A stretch of 64,000 bases of DNA from Basidiobolus meristosporus CBS 931.73 (lineage: Eukaryota; Fungi; Basidiobolomycota), in NCBI GenBank assembly GCA_002104905.1, contig MCFE01000330.1, forward strand, positions 29,388 to 93,387, in the 5' to 3' direction. The position numbers and the translations under genes were made by a program. Position 1 is the stretch's first letter. Every line of letters begins with the position of its first letter. The notes beneath the pieces are model-generated. The model made no database searches and was not told the DNA's origin. It worked only from the letters and a program-made list of their open reading frames with translations. Of this stretch, positions 34,068 through 46,300 are shown piece after piece.

Positions 34068-34699
34068 ATATAGCAAGGAATGCACTACTCTGAGCAACAT
34101 AAGTAAGATTGAGTAAAGTTACCAGTATCTATAACCTACCACTGGCATGATGGTAGAAATTATAGTGCCAGATAGTGCCAGATTAATGCAGCACTATAAA
34201 CAAGCTGGCACTATGTGGCACTATGCCACAGAACAAGTCTATTCTGTAAGCCATTGGTCCTAACTTAACATTTTGGTGCTACCTATGGCGCTGATATGTT
34301 GGAAGATAGGAAGACAAGTCAAGTTGCAGGTACTAACACATCCCAATCTCATCATGAATATTACCTTCAGGTCCATCATAATATGTTGAGTTGGCACATG
34401 GAGGACAGCCAAGAGGAGTAGGTAATTATTGAGGAAAGATGTGCATATGGAGACACATATGCCTTTGGCATCAAAATGCCAAGTAGCTCAAATGTATGTG
34501 TAATCAGCTAAGGATTGCAATGTAGCATTGGATAATAGAGCAAAACAGTGAAAACTTTTTCACTCTAGAGGACTGTACAACTGCAGTTCAGCCCTGCTCC
34601 TTGTCTAATAATGTTGCAGATGTGATTGTTTCAATTTACAAGGCAGGATATCCAATCAGACCAGAAATAGCCAAAATTGCTTTTTCAATGATGATACAC

Positions 34700-35850
34700 A
34701 CATTGCCCAAGCCTATTCTGTCCATGTTAAGGAGCCCCAGCCTGCAACAGAGGCCCTGAATATCTCTCAAACAATATCTTGGCAAACAGCAATGATGGAG
34801 GAGTATCAGGCCCTGATTTAATAGTAAACCTGCAAGTTTACCACTCCACCTGTCAACTAAGAGTCACATGGATGCATATGGGTCTTCAAAACAAATGTAA
34901 GGCTGATGATGGATACAATGCAAGACTTGTGGCCAATGGATAAAGTCAAACAAAAGGGTGTGGAAATACGGTGACCTTTGCAGGAGTTTGAAATTTTGAA
35001 TCTAGGTGCACTCAGCTACTACCTGGCATAAAGTTCCCCATGGACAGAAATACCTGAATAGTTATCCTAAGTCAGTCCAAGTGTATTCAAGGTATACTAA
35101 AGAAGTACAAAATGGATGACTGTAACCTGGCAGCTACCCAATGCACATAAACCTTGGCTTTGTCAAGATTCTATCAAATCAAGAGAACCTGGTATCATCT
35201 AAAAGCCCTGAATTCCATTGTCAATCTATGACTGGGAATTTGATCTATATGTTGCTTGCAACATGTCCAGATTTCTTATATTGATGAGTAATTGTTTGTC
35301 AGCATAATAAGAACTACAGATCTCATCATATTGCAGCAGTTAATCAGATTCTCTTATCCATTATAGAAACTGCTGATGCCTGCTTAATATACTACTACAA
35401 GGATCTGGAACAGGATCTTGTAGGATACTGCAATGCTCATTGGAGACAGATTTGGAAGCCAGATGATCCTTCATAAGCTACAGCTTTCTTTATTGTCAAG
35501 GAGCAATTTCCTGCAACTCAAAAAGGCAATCAGCTGTGGCACTTTCAAGTAATGATGCAGAGTATATAGCAGCCTGTAACACCACAAAAGTGGCAATTTG
35601 GCAAAGAGAGCTTTTTACAGTTGTGGTATTGTGTCACAAAGAGCCTATTACTTTGTTTCATGATAATCAAGGATGTATATAGTTAGGTAGAAATCCAACT
35701 TTGAATGCCAGTGCTAAGCATAAGGACATTAGACAGAATCTCATATATGAAGCTATTGAAAACAACTTAACTAACCTAGTTTGTTGACCTACAGATGAAA
35801 TGATTGCAAATATATTTGCCAAACCATTGGTATAATCCTTAGTTGAGTGG
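34700..35850 (+). pseudogene. Ty1/Copia RT-RNase H relic with deletions (family of 62722-64000)
   Basis: Remnants matching [22 protein letters not shown] and NNQGCI.LGRNPT....KHIDIR. Confidence 0.7.
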
Positions 35851-36739
35851 ATGTGCATAAGAGTTTATAACTCCAGCCAAATGTTATTCTAGCTTAGTTG
35901 CTTAGATCATAATCTACAAATCTTAGAGAACACTGATCAAGTTCCTTATCAGAATTTACATGGAATATTGCCACCAATTTACCAGGTGCCCTGAATATGA
36001 ATATTCTCAAAGATGTCCAAACAATCCCAACTTTGCACATATATTCTAGTTACCTTTCCAAGTATATTCTACATGTTTTTTACTTCAAGACCATCCAACT
36101 GTATAATTGTCACTTTCACATTTAATAGAGCAAGTTAAAAAAACAAAATATACTTGCTCTCCTGTTCACTTCTGGTATCTCAAAGACTACAACAACAATT
36201 CCTTAGTAAGATAAATGTACGGTGCAGAGGAGTTAGCAAAAGAACATTTCACTTTGTAAACCAGTCTGATAGAATTTTACTGGATTAGCACTGGACCCTA
36301 GATTCCCATAATTATGCAACAGATGTCTGCATCAGGCCTGCCAGAGCACCATCAGGTTATTGTTTTATATGGTAGTGAGATGCACTGCTTTGTTAGGGCT
36401 ACACAAACAGATGTGGACCAGGCCAAGACCAGCAACAAACTACACAAGTATTGCCACAAATCAGTGAAAACAATGCTTAGTGTATTTCTATCATTAGAAG
36501 TAAAGCCAGCAAGATGCCATCATAATACCACCATAAGAATGTGCAGTAGGCTTTTAGTTTGAAGCTGCTGGCACTTTGCAGCCTCATTATGGGATCCTAT
36601 TGGTTTATTCAGTTAGATCAATCTGTGGGACCCAATATTTTTTCACTAGGATAGCAGTAAAATATTATATACATCACTGTCTTAAATGCACATTTATACA
36701 GAACAAAAGGTGATATGATATAATAATAGCAGAGGTTTG

Positions 36740-39700
36740 ATAGGAAAAAGTTCAGACTTTGGAGAATTAGGATGCAGATCCACCTTGCACAAAGAAAGCT
36801 TTGGAATATAGTGATAGCAAAAGAAGTTGAGGCCAAAGTAACTGCAGAAGAAGTGGAGAAGTCCCAAGAAAAGGAGAGGAAGGCCTCTAATGCCCTCTGT
36901 ATCAATGTGCAAGATTCTTTCATTAGACAGATTCATGCTTCAAATACTCCCAAAGCAGCATGGGAATCCTTAGAGAAGGTCTTTAGTGCAAAGTCAGTTT
37001 CATGTAAGCTTTATATAAAACACAAGTTACTCAAAATGAGAAAGAAGCCAGATGATAACATGCTACAACTCATTACCAGTATGGAGGTGCTTGCAGAAGG
37101 ACATTACAGTATAAAAGCTGGCTTAGATGATGAAGAAAAGAATCTCTGTCTTCTTTGCAGCTTACCAGCCAAGTATGAGCCACTCATACATTCATCTGAA
37201 AGCAGAGAAGTCAATCTGACTTTAGACTATGTAAAAAGAAGACTTCTTGATGTAGAACTCATACATGATGATCAAGCAGAGAAAGTTGAAGAGAAGATTT
37301 ATTCAGCACAGAGAGTCGCACAGAAAAGAAGGGAAAGCAACAAAGCCAAAGAAAACCTGGCTGCTGTAACAGCTGTAAAAAGTCAGTAAACTGAGCAAGA
37401 GCATGCAAGAAAATACAAGCTGAAAAAAACAGAAACTAGAGCAGGCAAACCATATTACTGCTGATGAACAGTTGTTTGTTATTGTACAAGAGAGTGCAAG
37501 TAACCAAGGTACTAAAAGGCATATTGACTCTGGAGGATCATGGCATAATTGTGGTATAAAGGAGCTGTTAAGCAACTTAAAGACTATGCCCATAAGAGTG
37601 GCTTATCTGGAAGACAACTCTGCACTGGTAGCTACTGCCAGTGAGTCTATACAGCCAGATATGAGTGATATCTCAGGGGCAACAACAGCAAAACTGACTG
37701 GCATACTCCACATGCATAGAATAGCTAAGAACCTACTCTCAGTCAGTAAAGCAACAGCTCAGGGACTGAGATTTGCTTTTAATATGCTGAGCTGTTCAAT
37801 ATTGAGTGAACATGGGCAGAAATCAGCTTTCAGAATCAGTAATCACAATATCTAAAAGTAACAATACAAGATCTTTGTGCCTGAGTACATCAGCATTGCT
37901 GCAACTGGTGAAACTAGCTGAGAGATGTGGAATTGGGGGCTAGGACACATTGGGGAGCAGAATATGAGCCAATTAGTGCAAAACCAGCTTGCTTTGGGCC
38001 TTAGTTACTCAATTTCAATCATATTGAGTGTCTGTTTGGGATGTTCATATGCAGTCAAGCTAAGCAACATTTCAGGTGCTCAAAAGGCATTAGCCCTGGC
38101 AAAATATTGGCTGTTGTGCACTCCGCCATATGTAAGCTCATGAGAATGCTGTACTTTGGAGCCAGCAGATACATTATGACATTTATTGACAACAAGATAA
38201 AATATACCTGGGTGTACTTCTTCATGACAAAAGATGAGGCTTTGGAGATGTTTAGCACTTCAAGAACATGTCAGAAACACTAACTGGCTGAAATTTGATG
38301 GTATTTTGAAGTGACAATGGAGGGGAATACTGCTCAACAAAGTTGGCAAAATACTGCTCATCTACTGATATTCTTCAACAGACCACTGCTCCACACACTC
38401 CACAGCATATTGGGGTAGTAGAATGTGCAAATGAACCCATACTAGAGATGGAAAGATATATGCCGCATGATGAAGGAATGGACTACAGGCTTTGTGCCAA
38501 ATCTGTTGCTACCTCAGTATGCATCATATATAGATGACCAATGACAGCGCTATATTATTCTACGTCCTTTGAAGCTTATACAGGCAAAAGACCAGACCTT
38601 CAGCACCTTAGGATCCTTAGCAGTGATGCTTTTGATCACATCCCTGGCAAAAAACACTCAAACTTGGAACCAAGGATTTGGAAGGGATCCTTCTTAGGTA
38701 TTGTGACAGTACCTAAGGGTAAAGAGTGTTTCATGGCAAAGTTCAGTAGCTGATCAAGTGCAAGGATTTTGTATTTGTGCAGATCTCAGATCAAAAAGCC
38801 ACTAAAATCATTGGCTAGCTGCCTGATGATGTAGCCAGCACTAATGCGGCAGATAATGAACAAACTCAGCTAGATATGGAAGAAAACTCCATCAGTTCCA
38901 GATTAATACTGATAATCCCAGTTGGGAGAACTACCAGAATAAGAAATGCCCCTGGATCCTGGTGGCATACATCCAATGATCATGAAGAAGCTTATCTTGC
39001 CTTTTGTGCCAAACCCCAGAATCTGGAACATGCAATGCAAAGTCTAGATGCTACTATATGGCAAAAATCCATGCATGAGGAGCAACAATCTCTGAACAGG
39101 GCAAAAACCTGGGAACTGGTAGATATACAAATGGGGGAAAGCCAATAGAATGTAGATGGGTTTACAAGATCAAGAGAGCCACAAATGGTACTGATGATAT
39201 ATATATAAGGCTAGATTAGTAGCTAAAGGCTATTCCCAGATCCAGGTACTGACTCTAAGGAAACATTTGCTTTTGTTGCCAAGTTTGACTCCATTACCAC
39301 AGTTTTTGCACTGGCAGCTGTACATGGGCCAGAACTACACTAAGTGGACATCAAAACAGCCTTTTCAAATGGGGATCTGCTAGCAATTATACATATGAAG
39401 TAACCAGAAGGATTTACCAATCCAAAAGGACCCCTCTAGGTGTGCAGACTTATGAAGTTGTTATGTAGGCTTAAGCAGGCACCTAGAGCATGGAATAACA
39501 AGATTAACACATATCTAGAAGAGATTTGGCTCATTTGTAGCACTGCAGATCACTGTATATATGTGAAACAGCTCAAAAGTGAGTGTGTTCATACTAGTTT
39601 TTGCTGTGGATCACCTAATAATAGCTACAAGTGGTTTGGAAGCACTTAGGCAGAAATGAATGGATATCTTCAGCAAGTTTGAGATAAAAGTACTTGGAAA

Positions 39701-40960
39701 ATAGACCTCTTTTCTTGTAATCAAAGTCAAATTTGATATACCTATGCAGGAAACTATGTTGATTAGGTCTAAGTACATCAGGAACATTGTCAGATGGTTC
39801 AAAATGTAAAATCACAAGCCTGCAGCTACCCCTATGGACAACAATACTAAATTGGGCAAATCTTGGCCAGTTTAGGTGAAAAGGCTCAACTATGGACCAA
39901 AGCTCTCCCTATAAAGAACTAGTCAGTGGCCTCATATACTTGGTGATGTCTGCACATCCTGATATTGTAGGAGCAGGTGGAATATTCAGTAAGTGTATGC
40001 AAATATTTGGTTCAGATCAGATTAAAGCAGTCAGGTCAATTTTCAGATATTTCAAAGGTACCATATAATATGGTACAGGTGTTATGATCTACTACTTGAA
40101 TGCTAAAGTTAGATTAGTTTTCAGTCAAATCAATTAGTCATATGTTAAGCCTATCAATGTATTTGTGTTATCTATCAGATCAGTAGCATTAGTCAGCAAA
40201 TGAATCAGCAGAGACTTGTCAAGCAGGAATAGATATATTAAGTATGATTTATTGGGTGATGATGATGCAATCAAATGAGTCATCAGCCAAAGCCTACATC
40301 TGGAAATACAATTAGCAAGCAACTGATCTGGCAAATGTATATAAGGGGCTGCTGGAACCTCAGTAGACTTCAGTTCAAGTTTTATTGAATACAATACAAG
40401 CTAAACTCCCTATTCCTCTTCAACTCTTATATTAAGATGTGCAACACTGGAATACTCTGGAGTGGCTAATAGGCAAATATTTAATGGCTATAGTGATTCA
40501 AGCTGGGGTAGGGATCTGATTACCAGATACTCTACACCTGGGTATGTATTTCTTTATGCTGGTGCAGCTATTACTTAGATTTGCTAGAAACAACCAACTG
40601 TGGCCCTATCTACAACTTGAGCTGAGTATATGGCTGCTTATCAAGCTACTAAGGAGGCTATATGGCTACAAAAATTACTCAAAGACTAAGATTTTAACTT
40701 GGAGGAACCAGCATGTATTTACAACAATCATCAAATTTATATTTCATTGTCTAGGAATCCTATTATTCATGACAGTACTAAGCATGTACATATACAACGC
40801 CACTTTGTGAGGGAAGCTGTTGAAAATAACTTGGTAGTGTTAGTTTACTGCCCAGCTAACAAAATGGTGGCAGATATACTGACAAGACCACTGGCTAGGC
40901 CACCATTTGAGAGCCTCAGAAAACAACTGCAATTAAGAATTATTTATTTGGGGGGGAGTG
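36740..40960 (+). mobile_element. Ty1/Copia retrotransposon relic (same family as 20211-25437 and 43737-48453), LTRs largely missing
   Basis: gag ORF 36772-37389 (UBN2/Retrotran_gag_2-like: KAAWESLEKVFSAKS..CLLCSLP), protease IDSGGS.H, integrase, RT, RNase H (KHVHIQRHFVRE..VADILTRPL), PPT GGGGGGGAG followed by TGTT near 40958. Confidence 0.85.
40080..40446. repeat. Candidate solo LTR (367 bp) inserted in the Copia RT/RNase H
   Basis: TGTTATG...GTGCAACA interrupts the colinear Copia sequence; TSD imperfect (CAGG/CTGG). Confidence 0.5.
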
Positions 40961-41289
40961 TTAATTAATATATATCAGTCATGATTGCACTTGACTGGTG
41001 CTGAATGCTGTGGCTTGTAGATTCACACAGTTTGCTGGACTGCAAAAGCTTTTTTTGACTGGGTTCATGTCCCCAAAAATAGAACAATGCTATCTGGTTG
41101 CCAGCTCAATGTTACAACAAAACACAGCAGAAACACAGTTTGACAACATCTTGTATTGGCACTCAATGCAATTTGTTGCCAGCTCATACAAGGGCATTCA
41201 TAAATCTATTAGGCACAGTGACTGATTGAACAGAATCAATGGCCCAGAGAAGTTAATAAATAGTCCAGTGACAGGATGAGATGATAATA

Positions 41290-43050
41290 TGGGTAGAGCA
41301 ATCAATATTTTAGTAGAGTGACAGTATCTGTGCCGCAAAGTAGGAACCTAATTAGTGTAATGTCATAGACCAGAGTTGAGCCATCTCCCAATGAAACAGT
41401 TGAGGGACAATGCAAAGTCTTTGAAGCACCACAACAATGCCTGTGGATAAAGCCTTCAAAAACATCTAATACTGTAAGGGAGGGAGAGACTGCAATATAT
41501 ATAGCCAAGCCCAAAAAGCAAGGGACATCAATAGTCTGTGAAGTTTTGAGTACAATAATGAGTAGTAGGCTTGTGGTAAACAAGTTGCCTTTGTCTGCAA
41601 GCTCATCCACCCCACTGGAGTGTACCTCAACTGTCTGCAATTCCAACTCTTGAGAATGCAGTTGTTGTTGTGCTGGTAAGTCTTCTTGGCTAGTGTGGGA
41701 TCCAGTCTGTCCTGGGATGATGGCATTAATTGGTGGGCACTGCAGCTTTCTTCACATGCAACCTTGTCTCTGGCCTAGGTAGACTTTTTTATTTACCTTT
41801 GCCAATAATACTGCCAAGTCCTTCACTGTTATTTAGACTGAGTACTACTTGTATTGTAAGACATTCTCTCCTAGCTATATGCCCCACTGATACATCTGCA
41901 CCATATATATATTCTAGCAACGTCTGGCCAAAGTAGCTTGTGCACATTTATTGGGAAGCTATATAGTACTACACTTTGAATTAATCAAGTACACATATAT
42001 TCAATGAATATGATTCAAACATTTCAGATATTAAAGATGCAAGGGCCAATTTGAAGATATATAGAATATTGCCTTTGCCTTGGCACTTGATGGATATGAA
42101 CTGAACAAGTACTATGCCAGCAGTTCCTGCTGGCCACAGATTCTCATAAACCTGAATCTGCTGCCAATCTTTTGGTATTTAAGCAGATATTTGATTGAAG
42201 GCTCACTGATATCTGGGTCAAAATCATCATCCAACCTGGATATCACCTTTATCCATTGCTGTATGAGTTGTGTATGCTATCCAGTAGGATACTAGTAAAT
42301 AATTGTCATCTCAAAGCTCATATTGTTATCTTTATCAATGATGCCCATCCATCAGTAAGATGGCCTACTTTTCTGGGCACATTGGATAGAATTACTGTTG
42401 AATTTGTGAGCTCCAAGGGATTAAATCCATAGCTCATACACATGGTTATTATCAAAGCACCAATACTAAGTATATCATCTTCCCACTGAGAGAGCATACA
42501 GAAGTTTGCATGCAACTACAGCAAGGCAGGCAAGCTGTGAGCCATTGGTCAGAACTTAGAATTGCTCAAAGCCACAGACACTGAAGCCAAAGGGAATCTG
42601 TTGAAGCAAAAGCTTTTCAATGCAAGCAATGCATTTGCTCTTCAACAACATCTTTGTATTGATGCCCAAGTTGTGCATGGCATTTCAAGTGGAATGAGCA
42701 CTTTGAGTTAACAAAAAATCTGAAAGAATTGGCAAGATAGTATCAAATATCTGATATTTAAAGTGTACATCATATGTTACAATCCTTATTCATATGCACA
42801 TATAACAATATAACCCAAGGACTGGACAAACTAGACAAGTATTTACTCAAGTGGCCTTCTGAAGCAACTTCTAGCCAGAGTACCCTGGAAGCATTGGGAG
42901 TCATATTAGGACATTGTAAGAATAAATTTTCAGACACACTTCACCTATGCCAACTCAACACATCAACAGCATTTATCCAATGAGTTTGTCACAAAACCTT
43001 AAGCTGGTATACCACAATTATTTAGCTTAACACAGAAATCTCTGCAATTA
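41290..43050 (+). mobile_element. CACTA-like fragments (ORF2 relic on minus about 41300-41870; transposase relics on plus about 41900-43050)
   Basis: ORF2 homology to 5780-6060; IAFALALDGYELNKYYASSSCWPQILINLNLLP at about 42065-42170. Confidence 0.65.
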
Positions 43051-43331
43051 CTGCATCTTTTCTCTACTACATCTTGCCTGGTGTGTGGAGAATGAGGGAC
43101 CTTGCTTCAACTTTTGGGAGCTTCCTATAGAGCTGATGTATTGGAAGAGAGGAAGGTGAGTTGAGTTCCAAGTACTACCAAATCCCAATCTTGTCAAGAA
43201 TATGACCTTCAAGTCTGTTATGGGTGTGAAGAGTTGACATCTTTAGGACATCCAGGACAAGTAGGAATATGGAGGACAGCCAGGAAGATTTGGCAAATAC
43301 TGAGGACAGATATGCACATGGAGCCACCTAT

Positions 43332-46300
43332 TATTATGAACAGACACAGGCAGAATCAGGAAAGAACTTAGGTGTGGATCAGCAAGGCAAGGCTGTTTTA
43401 ACAAGACCTATGTTGATCCGGCTGAGGAATATGTAAGGAGGAATGGAACTATATATACTCTTTGGCAATATGGATGACAAGAGATATTGGCTAATATTGA
43501 TGGGATTCTGGGTTGAGGCACTGTAAGTGTGCCAAGATAGAACTATATTGAAAAACAGACTAGAAAATCCCATGGAGATATTCCAAGGGTCAGCTAATCA
43601 GGTGAATAGGCCATGTGACATGCAACTATCATATACAATAATGAACTATATAAACTCCATAGAGTATTGCATTGTGTAATTTTAACTTAAAGCTTTTAGA
43701 AAGATGCCAAAATGAAGTAGAACTCTCTAGAAGGAATGTTGCAACTTAAGAAGTGATTTGAATATAAGGAACTTTTCAAGATATAGTGATAATACATGAA
43801 CTGTTGTTTATTCATAAAGAAGATCAGTATTTATACCTTTGTAGTAGTAATGCAGCTGCCACACTAAGCAAGGAGGGATTCCTAACATTCAGGAGAACTC
43901 TGTAACAGTTTCAGGGTTAGTACTTGATGTTTGTGAAAAGTGTTAGTTTGATCTGCACTATAGGGGAATAATCATATGATCATACATGAGAAGAAACTGG
44001 CAAAGCTCGGGCTGCAAATAAGTTATAAAGTGACCAAGACCAGTCAAGAATTGTCAAGTATATTTTAGCTGCTCAATGATACCAGGTAGTCTAATATTGC
44101 AACACTTCCCCTCAACTAAATAATCTCATAATCCTAATTCCTATCCAAGATTCTCAAATTGTGGTCTAGCTACTGGTTTTGTCAATGTATCTGCCGCCAT
44201 TTTGTCAGTTGGATAGTAAACTAACTCTAATAAGTTATTTTCTACAGCTTCTCTCACAAAGTGGTGTTGCATATCTATGTGCTTGGTTCTGGCATGATTA
44301 GTAGGATTTCTAGCTAATGCAATACTACATTGACTATCTTTGTAAATACATGTTGGTTCATCCAAATTGAAATCTAAGTGTTTGAATAATTTCTGTGGCC
44401 ATATAGCCTCCTTAGTTGCTTGGCAAGCAGCCATATATTCCGCTTCCGTTGTAGAAAGGGCTACAGCTGCTTGTTTCTTGCAATTGCAAGTAATAGCTGC
44501 ACCAGCATAAAGGAATACATATCCAGTGGTAGAGCATCTGACAATCAGATCTCTAGCCCAATCTGAATTGTTATAATCATCAAATTTTGCCTATTAACTG
44601 CTCCAGAGTATTCCAGTAACATACCTATGGTACCTTGTAGATATTTGAGAATCTGCTTAATAGCTGTAAATTGACCGGATCCATAATTCTGCATGAGTTG
44701 ACTCACTATTCAAACAGCAACTGTAATATCAGGATGTGTAAACACCATCAAGTACATTAGGCTACCAACCATTGATTGATAGGCAAAGTTTTGGCCCATA
44801 TTTGAGCCGTTTTTGCCTAAAACTGGCAGAAATTTGCTCAATTTTAGATTATTGTCCATAGGGGTACCTGCAGGCTTCCAATTTTCCATTTTGAAGCATG
44901 TAGGAATGTCCCTGATGTACTCAGACTGATTCAGCACAATCTTCTGCATAGGCATGTCAAGATTCACTTCAGTTCCAAAAGAATAGCACAATTATTCAAG
45001 ATCTTTCAACTCAAACTTGGTGGAGAGATCTAAATGTTTCTATTTAAGTGCCTCCAGGTTGCTTGTAGCTACTGTTAGGTCATCCACATACAGAACTAGG
45101 ATAATCACACTCCTTTTGAGCTTTTTCACATATATACTTTGATCTGCAGTGCTACAAATAAACCCAATCTCCTCTGGATATGTGCCAATCTTAATATACC
45201 ATGCTCTATTTGCCTGCTTATGCCCATACAACAATTTCCTGACTCTGCACACATTATGGAGGCCTTTTAGATAGATAAAACCTTTTGGTTGCTCCATATA
45301 TATTGAATCTTGGAGATCCCCATTCAGAGAGGGTGTTTTGACATCCCTTTGATGTAGATCTAGACTGTGTGAAGCTGCCAGGGCTAGAACTGTCCTAATG
45401 GAGTCAAACTTTGCAATCAGAGCAATTATTTCCTTAATGTCTATTCCTAGGATCTGGGAATAGCCTTTGGCCACCAATTTACCCATATACTTATCAACAG
45501 TACCATTTGAGGTTATTTTGATCATGTAAACCCTTCTACATCCTATTTGCTTTCTCCCATTTGGTAAATCTACCAGTTCCCACATGTTTGCTTTGATCAG
45601 TGATTGGTACTCCTCCTGCATGGCTTTTTGCCACATATTAGCATCTGGACTTTGCATTGCCTGTTCCAGATTCTGAGATTTGGCACATAAGGCAAGATAA
45701 GCTTCTTCATTATCATTGGATGTCTGCCATCAGGATCCAGGGGCATTTCATATTCTAGTAGATCTCCTAACTTGAATAATCTGCTCTGATCTGGAACTGG
45801 TAGAAATATCTTCCATATCTGGCTGAATTTGATATGTATCTTCATCATTAGTGTTGATTATATCATCAGGCAGCAGGCCAATGATATCTGTGGCTTTTAA
45901 ACCTGAATTCTCCTCAAATACAACATCCCTGCACTTGATCAGTTTCTGAACTTTGCCATCATTTACTCTATACCCATTAGCATCATCACAATACCCAAGA
46001 AAGATCCCTTTTCTACTCCTTGGCTCCAGCTTTGAGCGCTTTTTGTCAGGGATGTAATAAAGGACATCACTGCCAAATATTCTGAGATGCTCAAGGTCTG
46101 GTTTTTTGCCTGTATATGATTCAAAGGGTGTAGAATTCTCTAGTGCTGCTGTTAGGCATCTATTCTGATGCATGCTTTGGTAGCAACAGATTCCACCCAA
46201 AACTTGTGGTCATTCTGTGATCATGTAGCATAGATCTTCCCATCTCTACTATTGTTCTACTTGCACAATTTGCACTACATTTTGCTGTGGAGTACGTGAA

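Larger units (their letters stand above)
27422..34240 (+). mobile_element. PHIS/Pangu-like transposon, older full-length copy (about 3400 bp net) carrying a nested copy of itself, TSD ATT
   Basis: ATT|TGACTTGTTGCATTGTACTGTGCCAGGG...CAGAACAAGTCT|ATT; ORF2 relic about 28160-29400 (-); transposase 33183-34067. Confidence 0.9.

Noticed and set aside
34244-34470. Repeat shared with about 42535-42565 and 43100-43325
   Set aside because: The similarity is real but too short and degraded to classify; possibly further CACTA-internal sequence.
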